This document shows positions 1 through 10,341 of a stretch of 64,000 nucleotides of DNA, in pieces. The DNA is from Thalassobaculaceae bacterium (GTDB lineage: Bacteria > Pseudomonadota > Alphaproteobacteria > Thalassobaculales > Thalassobaculaceae): contig OZ245843.1 in the NCBI GenBank assembly GCA_965228875.1, forward strand, positions 2,896,616 through 2,960,615, written 5' to 3'. The notes under the pieces were generated by a model, which made no database searches, was not told the origin of the DNA, and worked only from the letters and a program-made list of their open reading frames with translations. Every line of letters begins with the position of its first letter. Positions within the stretch are counted from its first letter, which is position 1. A program made the translations under genes and the position numbers.

Positions 1-63
1 CACGCCCTGGCGCTCGCCCTCGTGCTGGGCGGCATCGCCATCGCCGAGCGCTTCAAACGCTGA
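1..63 (+). CDS. 3' end of a membrane protein, probably a DMT/EamA-family transporter (partial)
   Basis: Frame 1 reads HALALALVLGGIAIAERFKR*, a terminal TM helix plus basic tail typical of EamA proteins; 5' part lies outside the window. Confidence 0.5.
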   Translation, partial: HALALALVLGGIAIAERFKR

Positions 64-74
64 GGGAGGCTCCC

Positions 75-1226
75 ATGCCCGCCACGCCGCAGCCGTTCAT
101 CCTGTCGATTCCCGACGCCGACCTCGACGACCTGCGGGCACGTCTCGCCCTGGCCCGGTTCCCGGACCGCACGCCGGGCGAGCCCTGGGCCTACGGCACC
201 GACCCGGATTACCTGCGCGAGTTGGTCGCCTACTGGCGCGACGCGTTCGACTGGCGCGCTGAGGAGACCGCCCTCAACGCGTTTCCGCAGTATCGGGTCG
301 AACTGGATGGCTGCCCGCTCCACTACCTTCATGTCGAGGGCCGGGGGCCGTCGCCGATCCCGCTGCTGCTGCTGCACGGCTGGCCGGGCTCGATCTACGA
401 GTTCCTGGATCTGATCCCGCTGCTGACCGACCCGGCGGCCCACGGTGCGCCCGACGCGCCGAGCTTCACGGTCATCGCCCCGTCCCTGCCGGGATACACC
501 CTGTCCTTCGCGCCCGACCAGAAACGCTTCTCCTGCGAAGCGATGGCCGCCACGGTCGCCCGCCTGATGGACGATGTGCTGGGCATCGCCTCCTACATGG
601 TTCAGGGCGGCGACTGGGGCTCCTTCGTCGGCTCGCGGGTCGCCTATGACCACCCGGACCGGGTGCGGGCGCTGCACCTGAACCTCCTGCCCCTGCGCCG
701 GGACACCGCCGCGCCCGAAAACCCGACGCCGGAGGAGACGGCCTATCTGGACGAACTCCGCCTGTTCCTCAAAGAGGAGACCGGATACCAGTGGATCCAG
801 GGCACCCGGCCGCAGACTCTGGCCTCGGCCCTCGCCGACTCGCCGTCGGGCCTCGCCGCCTGGATCGCCGAGAAGTTCCACGCCTGGACCGACAACGGCG
901 GGCGGATCGAGAACGCGGTCGGTCGCGACCGCATGCTGGCGGATATCTCGCTCTACTGGTTCACCGGCTGCATCGGATCCTCGTTCTGGCCGTACTACGC
1001 GCGCATGCACTCCCCCTGGCCGATCCCGAGCGGCGGAAAGATCACCGTTCCGACCGGTTATCTGCAATCTCCACGCGAGATACTGCGACCGCCACGCGTC
1101 GCCGCCGAACGAGTCTACAGCGATATCCGCCTGTGGACGGAGCAGGCCAAGGGCGGTCACTTCGCGGCCCTGGAAAACCCGGCGGCCCTCGCCCACGAGA
1201 TCCGCACCCTCGCATCCACGATTTGA
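75..1226 (+). CDS. epoxide hydrolase (EHN + alpha/beta hydrolase)
   Basis: N-terminal DLRARL..WAYG, HGWPGS, QGGDWG nucleophile motif, GGHFAALE; RBS GGGAGG. Confidence 0.9.
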   Translation: MPATPQPFILSIPDADLDDLRARLALARFPDRTPGEPWAYGTDPDYLRELVAYWRDAFDWRAEETALNAFPQYRVELDGCPLHYLHVEGRGPSPIPLLLLHGWPGSIYEFLDLIPLLTDPAAHGAPDAPSFTVIAPSLPGYTLSFAPDQKRFSCEAMAATVARLMDDVLGIASYMVQGGDWGSFVGSRVAYDHPDRVRALHLNLLPLRRDTAAPENPTPEETAYLDELRLFLKEETGYQWIQGTRPQTLASALADSPSGLAAWIAEKFHAWTDNGGRIENAVGRDRMLADISLYWFTGCIGSSFWPYYARMHSPWPIPSGGKITVPTGYLQSPREILRPPRVAAERVYSDIRLWTEQAKGGHFAALENPAALAHEIRTLASTI

Positions 1227-1314
1227 GCGCCTCTCACGGGTTTGTTCGCCAAACAACCTTCAATTGTTCACAAACTCCCTGCTAAGGTGTCGGCATCAAC
1301 TCGGGAGATTCGCC

Positions 1315-3423
1315 ATGAGCAGTGAAGAATTCACGAAAAAGGGCATGAAACGCCGCGACTTCCTGGCCGGTGCCGGCGCGATGGCGCTGAGCCTGCCGAT
1401 GCTGCCGCGGGCGGCCGTCGCGCAGGGGACGGGACCGGGCGTGGCGCCGGCGGGGACGCCGATCCATCGCCTCGGCATCTATCCGGCGATCGGCCTCTGC
1501 CGGGTCGGCAGCGGGAGCAACTGGTTCCACGCGCCCGAGATCCCGGGTATGCCGCCGCACGCGCCCCAGGGCTACAAGGACGGTACCGAGAAGATCAACA
1601 AGCAGGTCCAGCGGTTCCGGATCTACGCCTTCTCCAAGGAGGGGCAGGTCATCAAGGAGATCACCGCGGATGACGGCGACATCCAGTGGACCGTCCACCT
1701 GGCCAACACCAAGGCGGCCTGGTACGGCTTCAACAACCCGATGGACAACGGCGACCTAGCGCCCGGCATTCCGGGGCAGCAACGCAACCAGTATTTCACG
1801 ACGCCGGAGCAGCGCCTGCAAAACCTGGTGATCGACGGCGGCGCGACCACCGTGTCGGGGCGCGGCAACAACCGCAACGGCGACCGCGACCAGAACGCCA
1901 TGGACGGCGTGTTCTGGGGCAGCGAGACCGTCAACCTCGGCAATCTCGGCACCGACGCCTCCGGACGCCTGCTGGTGTTCCCGCCGGACGGTGTCTCGAA
2001 CTCGCCGACCAACGCCGCGATCACGAGCTTCGCCGACAACGACGGCTGGCATGACGACTGGTGCGACGGCCCGGTGACCGCCGCGGTCTCCCTCAAGGAC
2101 GGAACGGCGGTCGATCCGGACTTCGACGGGTCGGTCGATACCGCCTGGGTCGCCTGTGTCGGTCCGAACTTCGCGCCGGAGATCCCGCCGGTGTCGACCA
2201 TGTACGACGTCGTCTACGACATGAACGTCAGCCTCGGCTGGCAGACCGCTCCGGACAAGCCGTCCTTCACCAAGGACATCTATCCCACCTTCCGCCGCCT
2301 CGGCCTGATGCAGTGGCTGAGCGACGCCGCCAACCTGCGCGAAGGCTGGATGGGCGAGTACTTCGATTTCTCCGATCCCGAGTTCATCGCGGCGGCGGCG
2401 CAACAGGGCAGCAGCCTCGACAAAGCCGCCGTGCTGCGCCAGATCCGCCCACCGTTCCAGTTCTCCGACAATCCGGAGAGCGAGTACTTCGTCGAGCAGC
2501 AGCTCAAGGTGCCGTACATGCTGGGCGACGGCATCAACTACGACGGCAGCCCGTACCAGTGGTTCCAGATGGCGCACCAGCAGTACAAGTTCCTGGTGGA
2601 CTGGGCGAACGGCGACTACATCGACGACTGGAACCCCGACGCCGATCCCATTGGCTCGTTCGACGACATTCCGCTCGACCAGCAGCCCATGGCGCTGACG
2701 GAAGCCGCGCTCGAACCGCTGAGCGGCGGCGCCTTCCACCCGGGCGTGGAACTGACCTACTACCTGCGGCACAAGAACATGTACGCCCGGGCGCACGCGC
2801 CCTCCGGCACGCCGGCGAACGAGCTGCCGGAACCGTTCCGCATCGCGCTCGGCGACCGACCGACGCTGCTTCAGGATCTCGGCCGGCTGCTGACGCCGGA
2901 ACTGACGCTGACCGGCGACCCGGCCAAGGGCATCGCGCCGGCGGTGTGGAAGTGCATGCCGGGAGACATGACTCGCTGGATGGGCCTGCCGTGGCAGTGC
3001 GACGCCTTCAGCTGTCAGCAGGTGCTGATGCAGGACGACTTCCCGACCGCGGTCTGGTGGCCGGCGCTCCTGCCGATCGACGTTCTGCCGGTGGATTTCC
3101 TGCAGAATCAGGTCATCCGGGGCGAAACCAGGAACGGCCAGAAGCTTTCCAAGGAAGAGCGGATCAAGTTCTACAACCAGCGCGCCGACTGGAAACGCGG
3201 GGTCGCGGGGATCGGCTACCACGCCAACGCCAGCTACTGGGACGGCATCACCAACATGATCACCCTGTGGGAACGCATGGGCTTCGTGGTGAAGCACGAC
3301 GTGCCCCAGGACGTGGCGCAGGAGCTCGGGATCCCGACGGAGGCCTACGCGGAGACCGGGCGGGCCGACAATATGGAGTTCCGTTTCAAGTGGGTGCCGC
3401 AGGACGGCCAGTTGCCGAACTGA
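1315..3423 (+). CDS. goxA: LodA/GoxA-family CTQ-dependent amino acid oxidase (GoxA-like) with Tat signal
   Basis: IYPAIG..RVG, QVQRFRI, DNDGWHDD, GGAFHPGVE, MGLPWQCDAFSC..WWP (CTQ Cys/Trp), YHANASY; KRRDFL Tat motif; ATG 1315 follows RBS GGGAGA. Confidence 0.85.
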   Translation: MSSEEFTKKGMKRRDFLAGAGAMALSLPMLPRAAVAQGTGPGVAPAGTPIHRLGIYPAIGLCRVGSGSNWFHAPEIPGMPPHAPQGYKDGTEKINKQVQRFRIYAFSKEGQVIKEITADDGDIQWTVHLANTKAAWYGFNNPMDNGDLAPGIPGQQRNQYFTTPEQRLQNLVIDGGATTVSGRGNNRNGDRDQNAMDGVFWGSETVNLGNLGTDASGRLLVFPPDGVSNSPTNAAITSFADNDGWHDDWCDGPVTAAVSLKDGTAVDPDFDGSVDTAWVACVGPNFAPEIPPVSTMYDVVYDMNVSLGWQTAPDKPSFTKDIYPTFRRLGLMQWLSDAANLREGWMGEYFDFSDPEFIAAAAQQGSSLDKAAVLRQIRPPFQFSDNPESEYFVEQQLKVPYMLGDGINYDGSPYQWFQMAHQQYKFLVDWANGDYIDDWNPDADPIGSFDDIPLDQQPMALTEAALEPLSGGAFHPGVELTYYLRHKNMYARAHAPSGTPANELPEPFRIALGDRPTLLQDLGRLLTPELTLTGDPAKGIAPAVWKCMPGDMTRWMGLPWQCDAFSCQQVLMQDDFPTAVWWPALLPIDVLPVDFLQNQVIRGETRNGQKLSKEERIKFYNQRADWKRGVAGIGYHANASYWDGITNMITLWERMGFVVKHDVPQDVAQELGIPTEAYAETGRADNMEFRFKWVPQDGQLPN

Positions 3424-3429
3424 GGCCCC

Positions 3430-4524
3430 ATGACGAAGACCGTCGCCGTCGTCGGGTCGGGCATCGCCGGCCCGGCGGCGGTCCTTGCCCTGTCCCGTGC
3501 AGGCCTTGGCGTGCGGTGGATCGCGCCGCCGCCCGAGCCGGACACGATCCCGATCGGTGAGACCCTGGCGCCGGCGGCGAACCCGATCCTTTCCCGCCTG
3601 GGCCTCGCCGACATCGTCCGCAGCGGCGCCCACCGGCCGTCCAACACCACGCTCTCCTCTTGGGGCCGGGACCAGTTGGTCGACCGCAACGCCATCCTTC
3701 ATCTGGAGGGCCCCGGCCTTGTGCTCGACCGGCGCCGCTTCGAGGACGATCTCCGCGCGGCCGCGGCCCGGGTGGCGTCGCCCTATCCGTCGCGCCTCGC
3801 GGCGGCCGCCGGCGACGGCGCCTGGACGCTGACCCTGGAGACCGGCGAGACGCTCGAAGCCGACGCGGTCGTCGACGCTACGGGCCGGAGCGCCGCCGTT
3901 GGACGCCACTATGCCGACCGCCACCGCACCGACCGACTGGTCGCCGCCCACGCCTTCCTGAAGCAGACCGACGACACGGTCGAACCGACGCGGGCAGTCC
4001 TGATCGAGGCGGTGGAGTCAGGCTGGTGGTACGCGGCCCTGCTGCCCGACGGAACGCTCTCGGTGGCGTATTTCACCGATCCGGACCTTCTGGAGGAGAG
4101 CCCAAGCCGGGATCTTGACGGTTGGAGACGCCTGATCTCCCGGACCCGCTACATCGGGCGCTGGATCGACGATGCCGGGTTCGCGGTCGACGCGCCGCCC
4201 CGGCTCGCGAGCGCCGGCACCACCTGGCTCTCATCGCCGGCGGGGAGGGTCGAGGGGGCGCCCTGGATGGCCGTTGGCGACTGCGCCGCCGCCTTCGACC
4301 CGCTGTCCTCCCATGGCATGACCACCGCGCTCTGGGCGGGCGAGCGCGCCTGCAGCGTGCTTCCGGCCGCCCTGTCCGGCGACACCGACGCGCTCCCCGC
4401 CTACGGACGCGCGGTTCTCGACGGCGTGCAGCGGTTCCTCGAACAGCGTCGGGGCATGTACGCGCTCGAGCGACGGTTCGCGGATTCCCCCTTCTGGCAA
4501 CGTCGCACGACCGCGCCAGACTGA
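3430..4524 (+). CDS. goxB: GoxB/LodB-family flavoprotein (CTQ maturase)
   Basis: VVGSGIAG Rossmann motif, IGETL, DATGR, GWWY, GD.AAAFDPLSSHG, SPFWQRR; 6 nt downstream of goxA. Confidence 0.85.
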   Translation: MTKTVAVVGSGIAGPAAVLALSRAGLGVRWIAPPPEPDTIPIGETLAPAANPILSRLGLADIVRSGAHRPSNTTLSSWGRDQLVDRNAILHLEGPGLVLDRRRFEDDLRAAAARVASPYPSRLAAAAGDGAWTLTLETGETLEADAVVDATGRSAAVGRHYADRHRTDRLVAAHAFLKQTDDTVEPTRAVLIEAVESGWWYAALLPDGTLSVAYFTDPDLLEESPSRDLDGWRRLISRTRYIGRWIDDAGFAVDAPPRLASAGTTWLSSPAGRVEGAPWMAVGDCAAAFDPLSSHGMTTALWAGERACSVLPAALSGDTDALPAYGRAVLDGVQRFLEQRRGMYALERRFADSPFWQRRTTAPD

Positions 4525-4668
4525 GCGCGCCCCAGATTGCCGCCCTGACCGCCGCACAGATCGCTGACGGATCGACCGAGCCGAACGGGGTGTATTGCCG
4601 AACCGGCTGGGATAAGGTCGTCGGGACTTAGGTTAAATGTTCTTAACCAAACAACGCACAGGGACCGC

Positions 4669-5079
4669 ATGCGCGGCGACGCCAGTTTCGAACTCACCTT
4701 CGACCCGGACTCGTCCACCGTCGTCATCCGCATCGTGGGACCGGTCGATGGCACCCTGCACCGGAAGATTTTCGAACGGATCGACGCGGACTACGACATC
4801 GCCGCGACCTCGTTCCTCTGGGACCTGACGGACACCAGCTTCAGCCGGTTCTCCATCGACGAGATCAAGACGGTGCGCGAGGTGCGCTGCCGCTACGCCG
4901 ATGCGCGGCGGAACGTGAAATCGTGCATCCTGATCCGCCATGCCTACGACGAAACCCTGGTCCGCCTGTACGAGGAACTGAACATCAGTGTGACGCCGCG
5001 CGCTGAGGTGCTGTTCGACGAGGCCGCTGCGCGGGCCTACCTCGGTATCCAGGCGTCCTTCGACTGGCCGAAGGAGTAG
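4669..5079 (+). CDS. hypothetical protein, possibly STAS/SpoIIAA-like
   Basis: Host-like codon usage; alpha/beta pattern ending LFDEAAARAYL. Confidence 0.5.
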   Translation: MRGDASFELTFDPDSSTVVIRIVGPVDGTLHRKIFERIDADYDIAATSFLWDLTDTSFSRFSIDEIKTVREVRCRYADARRNVKSCILIRHAYDETLVRLYEELNISVTPRAEVLFDEAAARAYLGIQASFDWPKE

Positions 5080-5082
5080 CGC

Positions 5083-5463
5083 CTACTGGAACAGGAACCG
5101 GCGGTGCGCCTCGGCCATACTGCGGGCGCGCACGCGGAACTCTGCGGCCGTCCGATTGTCCACCGTCTCCAGCAGAACCCGCTCGAACAGCGTGAGCCAG
5201 CGGTCGAAGTGTTCCGGACGCAGCTCGCCGAGGGCGGCGTGCGCGCGCATGGGCATGCCGTCGTAGCGCCCGGTCATGTTGAGTACCGACGACCAGAACG
5301 CCTTCAGCTTGGCGAAATGCGCCGGCCAGTCGGCGACGTGGCGCATGAACACCGGGCCGAGGATCGCGTCCTCGCGTGCCTGACGGTAGAACGCCTCGAC
5401 CACGCGGTCGATGTCATCCTCGCTGACGCGGGCAAAGGGAGGGGCGGCGGTAGGGCTTTCCAT
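5083..5463 (-). CDS. group III truncated hemoglobin
   Basis: VEAFY..D.ILGPVF, W..H..KL..FW, Y.G.PM..H, HFDRWL.LF. Confidence 0.9.
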   Translation of the reverse strand: MESPTAAPPFARVSEDDIDRVVEAFYRQAREDAILGPVFMRHVADWPAHFAKLKAFWSSVLNMTGRYDGMPMRAHAALGELRPEHFDRWLTLFERVLLETVDNRTAAEFRVRARSMAEAHRRFLFQ

Positions 5464-5554
5464 GGGGCCAGGGTACACCGCCACCGAGACGCCGGGTAGC
5501 GCGGCCGGACGAACGCCCCTTCAGACAGCGTCGCTGCCCGAAACAGCCGGGACC

Positions 5555-6253
5555 CTACCCGCGTTTCAACGCCCGGTGTGCGCGCGACCGGAACTCACGC
5601 CGATAGAGGATCGCCACCACCCAGAGCGAGGCGGCGATCAACGCGATGGGATGCAGGAACCAGGCACAGGCCGCCAGCCCGAAATAGTAGGCGTGCATTC
5701 CGCCATTGTAGTGCCGGGCCGCCAGCGTGGTCACGCGAGCGACCACGCGCGCCCGATCGCCGGTGATCGCCGGATCGTCCGCCGCTCCGGGCTGCGGCAG
5801 CGCGCCGAGGATCACCGCCGCGTTGTTGTGCAGGCGCAGCGACCACGCCAGGCGGAAGAAGGCGTTGATGAAAACGATGATGAGCACCGCCACCATCAGT
5901 CCGAAGCGGTCGCGCGTCGTCCCGAGCAGATAGTCGAACCCGTTCAGAACCTCGACCGCGTGCTCGCTGCCGCCGATCATCGCCGCCAGGCCGCCGATCA
6001 CGAAGATCGCGGTCGAGGCGAGGAACGCGGAGTTGCCGGCGAGGGAGCGCAGGATCTGAATGTCGATGATCCGGTTGTCCCGGTGCACCGCCGCCGCCAT
6101 CCAGTCGTCGCGCCATCCCTTCATCGCCCCGGCCAGGGCGGCGCCGCGGTCGGCCGCCCGCTCGCCGAACAGCTCGTAGCCGAGCCACGCGACGACGAAC
6201 ACCGCAAGCGCGGTCAGGTCGAGCGGGGAGAGGATCTGCAGCAGCGTTGTCAT
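5555..6253 (-). CDS. DUF599-family membrane protein
   Basis: WR..WM, RDNRIID, AFLAST, AFF..AWSLR, YN.G..AYYF, LYRREFRS; start placed at MTTLLQ. Confidence 0.85.
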   Translation of the reverse strand: MTTLLQILSPLDLTALAVFVVAWLGYELFGERAADRGAALAGAMKGWRDDWMAAAVHRDNRIIDIQILRSLAGNSAFLASTAIFVIGGLAAMIGGSEHAVEVLNGFDYLLGTTRDRFGLMVAVLIIVFINAFFRLAWSLRLHNNAAVILGALPQPGAADDPAITGDRARVVARVTTLAARHYNGGMHAYYFGLAACAWFLHPIALIAASLWVVAILYRREFRSRAHRALKRG

Positions 6254-6384
6254 CGGGTTCCTCGATACCAGACTTTGCGCAAGACCGTCCCGAGCGATTT
6301 CACCCTGGGCGGCGCCGGTCGGGGCGCCTACCGTTGCCCGATGGGGCGCCAAGACCCTCGATCGACGGACACGGGAGGAGAGCC

Positions 6385-7134
6385 ATGGGAAGCCTGGACG
6401 GCAGGGTCGCGGTCGTCACCGGCGCCGGCCGGAACATCGGACGCGAGATCGCCCTGACCCTGGCCCGCGACGGCGCGGCGATTGTGGTCAACGGGCGCGG
6501 CGATCAGGCGGCGGTCGAGGGTGTGGCCGAGGAGATCCGCACGCTCGGCGGGCGCGCCTTCGGGCATCTGGCGGACGTCTCCGACGAGGCCTGCGTTTCC
6601 GCCATGGTCGAGCGCGCGGTCGCGGAGTTCGGCGGCATCGACATCGTCGTCAGCAATGCCGGCCTGCGCCGCCAGACGCCGTTCCTGGAGATGGGGCTGG
6701 CCGAGTGGCGGGAGATCCTGTCGGTCGCCCTCGACGGCGCCTTCATCCTGACCCGCGCCTGCGTGCCGCATATGCTGGGGCGCGAGGGCGGCGCCATCGT
6801 CGGCCTCAGCGGCGTGTCGACCCATGTGGGCACGCCGGAACGCTGCCACGTCTCGGCCTCGAAATCCGGGTTGGAAGGGCTGATGCGGGCGCTGGCGGTC
6901 GAACTCGGCCCGCACGGCATCACCGCCAACTGCGTCGCTCCCGGCGCCATCGACACGGTGCGGGGAGCCGCCGCCGGGCAGATGCCCAGCACCATGCGCG
7001 CCGCCGGCGTTCCGGCCGGCCGCAAGGGCACGATGGAGGAGATCGCCACCATGGTCCGGCATCTGGTCGGGCCGAACGGCCGCTTCATCACCGGCCAGAC
7101 GATCCACGTGAACGGAGGAGCGTTCCTGACATGA
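6385..7134 (+). CDS. SDR-family oxidoreductase
   Basis: TGAGRNIG, SNAG, N.VAPG, ITGQTIHVNGG; active-site YxxxK reads VSASK; RBS GGAGGAG. Confidence 0.9.
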   Translation: MGSLDGRVAVVTGAGRNIGREIALTLARDGAAIVVNGRGDQAAVEGVAEEIRTLGGRAFGHLADVSDEACVSAMVERAVAEFGGIDIVVSNAGLRRQTPFLEMGLAEWREILSVALDGAFILTRACVPHMLGREGGAIVGLSGVSTHVGTPERCHVSASKSGLEGLMRALAVELGPHGITANCVAPGAIDTVRGAAAGQMPSTMRAAGVPAGRKGTMEEIATMVRHLVGPNGRFITGQTIHVNGGAFLT

Positions 7135-7958
7135 GCAACCTGCCTTTCGAGAACGAGCCGATCTCGCCGCATATCGGGCTCGAGATCACCGGCCTCGACC
7201 TCAACGCGCTCGACGCCGACACCACCGCCGCCCTGCGCCAGGCGTTCAACGACCGCCACGTACTGGTGATCCGCGACCAGGACATGACGCCGGAGCAGCA
7301 GGTGCGTTTCGCCGAACGGATTGGCGAGCCGGACATCTACCCGCTGCTGAATGGGATCGAGGGATTTCCGATGATCACTCCGATCGTCAAGGAACCGGAC
7401 GAGCGCAACAATTTCGGCGGTCTCTGGCACAGCGACACGACCTACATGGAGACGCCGCCGATGGCGACCATGCTGCTGGCGCGCGAGATCCCGCCGGTCG
7501 GCGGCGACACGCTGTTCGCCTCCCAGGTCGCAGCCTATGAGGCGCTGTCGGACGGGATGAAGGCGATGCTGGCGCCGCTCAAAGCCATCAACAGTTCGGC
7601 CAAGGCAAATGCGACCAAGACCCGCGAGGACCGGGTGAAGGGCGACGACGCCAAGAAGGAGTTCACGTCCTGCCACCCGGTGGTCCGCACCCATCCTGAG
7701 ACCGGCAAGAAGGCGCTGTACCTGAATGTCGGCCACACGGTGCGGTTCGACGGCTTCACCGAGGAGGAGAGCGCGCCGCTGCTCGCCTACCTGCACAAGC
7801 ATCAGGCCCGCGAGGAGTTCCAGTGCCGGGTGCGCTGGCGCAAGGGAACCCTGGTGATGTGGGACAACCGGGCGGCCATGCACTACCCGGTGAACGACTA
7901 CCACGGCCATCGCCGGGAAATGCACCGAATCACGCTGAAGGGCGACAAGGTGGCGTGA
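7131..7958 (+). CDS. TauD/TfdA-family 2-oxoglutarate dioxygenase
   Basis: WHSD, GGDTLFA, HPVVRTHPETG, WDNR..HY, R.MHR; ATGA overlap with SDR. Confidence 0.92.
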   Translation: MSNLPFENEPISPHIGLEITGLDLNALDADTTAALRQAFNDRHVLVIRDQDMTPEQQVRFAERIGEPDIYPLLNGIEGFPMITPIVKEPDERNNFGGLWHSDTTYMETPPMATMLLAREIPPVGGDTLFASQVAAYEALSDGMKAMLAPLKAINSSAKANATKTREDRVKGDDAKKEFTSCHPVVRTHPETGKKALYLNVGHTVRFDGFTEEESAPLLAYLHKHQAREEFQCRVRWRKGTLVMWDNRAAMHYPVNDYHGHRREMHRITLKGDKVA

Positions 7959-7985
7959 CACCCATCGAGGGGTCGCCGCCCCTGG

Positions 7986-10331
7986 CTACAGCCGCTCCAC
8001 CTCGCAGCGCGAGCAGCGCAAGGGGATGGAGCCGCTGACCGGGTCGGAGAGCGCCGTGTCGATCGCCCCGTTGATGTTCGCCGCCAGCGGTTGCTCGGGC
8101 CCGTAGGGGCTGCCGTCCGGCCCGTCGACCCACCAACCGTGCTGACCGAAGACGCCGCCAGGCGCCAGGTCGCGGATGATGGAGACCCGCGCCACCGCCC
8201 GCCCCCGGGCCGTGCGCACCACCGCCCAGTCGCCCTGCTTCAGCCCCCGCGCCTCGGCATCCTCCTGCGCCATCTCGACGATCGGATCGGGCATTAGCCG
8301 GCGCAGCGAGGCGATGTTGCGGTGCTGGCTGTGGCAGTAGGCGACCGTCTTGGCCGAACCGAGTCGCAGCGGCCAGACCTCCTCCGGCGCGGGCAGGACG
8401 ACCGGATCGAAGACCGGCACGCCGGCCTGGCCATGGTCGTGCAGCCGCTCGCTGTAGATCTCCAGACGCCGGGTCGGAGTTGGGAAGCCGCGCGGCACCC
8501 CGTCGGCACCGGCCGCCGCATGGGCCTCCAGCACCACGCTGCCCGGCACCGTCACCCCCTCCGGCGATGCCCGGAGCTGATCCACCGACAGACCGGCTCC
8601 CGCCAGCAAATGGTCGTGCCCCGCATCGGCGCTGCCGCCGAAGAACGCGTCCGACAGCCCCAGCCGCGCGGCCAGGGCCAGCACGATGTCGGTGTCGGAG
8701 CGCGCCTCTCCCACCGGATCGATCACCGCCGGGCGAAGCTGCACCTGCCGCATCCCTTCAAGGCTGGCGTCAAAACCGGTCCTCAGCCCTTCGCGCTCCC
8801 AGGAGGTGGCGGCGGGCAGCAGGATGTCGGCATGCCGAGCGGTCGCGTTCTCGAAGAAATCCACATGGACGTGGAAGTCGAGCTCGGCCAGCGCCCGCGC
8901 CGCCAGGTCGGCGTCGGGCTGGGAGACCAGCAGGTTGGTGCCGAAGGAGACCAGCATGCGCACCGGATAGGGGTCGCGCGTCAGCATCGCCCGCCACACG
9001 TCGCGCGCGGTCACCCAGCCGTTCAGCCCCGGCCCGATCGGCCGCTCCGCCAGACCCAATGCCTTGGCCTTCTGCTCCGGCGAAATGAGATCGCCGCCGG
9101 AGATATCCGCGAATGGTGCGGCCCCGCCCGGCACGTTGCCGCCGGCTCTTCCGTAGCTGCCGGTCAGCGCGTAGAGCAGGGAAATCGCCCGGTCGGTCTG
9201 GGTCGCGGTCGGACTCTGGCCGACCCCGTTCCAGGCGTAATAGGCGACCGAGGAGGCGTCCGCGAGCAGGTCCGCCGCTCTGTGCAGGGCCTCCTGCGGC
9301 ACCCCGGTGACCTCCGCCACCCGATCGGCCGGCCAGTCGGCGGCCGTCGCGGCATAGACCTCGAACGCGCTGCGGCAGGCGACGGACCCCTCCAGCGCCG
9401 CCACCTCACGCTCGGCGCGTAGAGCGGGCTCGCCCGCGTCCAGCCATTCGCCCCGCCCGGCGTCGTAGCGCAGAAGGCCGTCCGCACCAGCGGCATACAG
9501 GACGTCCGGACTGCCGTCGGCGGCGATGTCGGCCTCGCGCAGGAAGCGGCCGGTGTCGCCGCGCACCAGCAGCGGCCCATTGCTCCAACGCGTCAGAAAC
9601 TCCCGGTCGATCCGGCCGCTTTCGATGAGAATGTTGGCGAGGCCCAGCGCCAGGGCCTGGTCGGTGCCGGGGCGCACCGCGAGCCACTGGTCGGCGCGCC
9701 GGGCGAAACCGATCGGCCGGGGATCGACCACGATCACCTTCGCCCCGCGCCGCATCGCCTTCTGGATCTCCACCGACCGCGCCAGCCAGGTCGCTGCCGG
9801 ATTGTTGCCCCAGAGCACGACGCACTCGGAGTTGGCGAAGTCCGGCGTGCCGATATCGGTGCCGTAGGTGAAGCGGCTGGCGAAGTCCTTGTGCCAGTTG
9901 CAGATCTCTGTGCCGTAGATGGTGTTCGGGCTGCCATAGGCGCGGATCAGCCGCTCGATCCACGAGATCGAGTCGGAGATATGGGTGCCGCTCGGCGTGG
10001 TGACGGAAAACGCGGTCTGCTCCGGTCCGCCCTCGCGCGCGACCGTGGCCATGCGCTCGGCGATCTCGTCCAGCGCCTCGTCCCAGGAGATCGGCTGCCA
10101 GCCCGGATCGGCTGCTCCCTTCGGCGCGGTGCGGCGCAGCGGCCGGGTGAGCCGGTCCGGATGATAGACCAGTTCCGGTGCCGCCCGCCCCTTGGGACAG
10201 AGCTTCTCGCCGCTGGGATGGCCGGGCAGCGGGTCGATGCCGGTAAGCCGACCGTCCTCGACGACGGCGACGCAGCCGCAGCGCGACCGGCACTGGGTAC
10301 AGAAGGCGGGGGTGCGGGTGATCGCGCTCAC
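7986..10331 (-). CDS. molybdopterin-dependent oxidoreductase (DMSO reductase superfamily), cytoplasmic
   Basis: CTQCRSRC..LCPKG [4Fe-4S] motif, ISWDEALD, RPGTD.AL, ADILLPA, C-terminal HSQ..HGWW; no Tat signal. Confidence 0.9.
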   Translation of the reverse strand: MSAITRTPAFCTQCRSRCGCVAVVEDGRLTGIDPLPGHPSGEKLCPKGRAAPELVYHPDRLTRPLRRTAPKGAADPGWQPISWDEALDEIAERMATVAREGGPEQTAFSVTTPSGTHISDSISWIERLIRAYGSPNTIYGTEICNWHKDFASRFTYGTDIGTPDFANSECVVLWGNNPAATWLARSVEIQKAMRRGAKVIVVDPRPIGFARRADQWLAVRPGTDQALALGLANILIESGRIDREFLTRWSNGPLLVRGDTGRFLREADIAADGSPDVLYAAGADGLLRYDAGRGEWLDAGEPALRAEREVAALEGSVACRSAFEVYAATAADWPADRVAEVTGVPQEALHRAADLLADASSVAYYAWNGVGQSPTATQTDRAISLLYALTGSYGRAGGNVPGGAAPFADISGGDLISPEQKAKALGLAERPIGPGLNGWVTARDVWRAMLTRDPYPVRMLVSFGTNLLVSQPDADLAARALAELDFHVHVDFFENATARHADILLPAATSWEREGLRTGFDASLEGMRQVQLRPAVIDPVGEARSDTDIVLALAARLGLSDAFFGGSADAGHDHLLAGAGLSVDQLRASPEGVTVPGSVVLEAHAAAGADGVPRGFPTPTRRLEIYSERLHDHGQAGVPVFDPVVLPAPEEVWPLRLGSAKTVAYCHSQHRNIASLRRLMPDPIVEMAQEDAEARGLKQGDWAVVRTARGRAVARVSIIRDLAPGGVFGQHGWWVDGPDGSPYGPEQPLAANINGAIDTALSDPVSGSIPLRCSRCEVERL

Positions 10332-10341
10332 GGGGCCTCGC

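Noticed and set aside
7986..10331. Acetylene hydratase or nitrate/formate reductase assignment
   Set aside because: The Fe-S motif CTQCRSRC lacks the adjacent catalytic Asp of acetylene hydratase, and no partner subunits support a specific call
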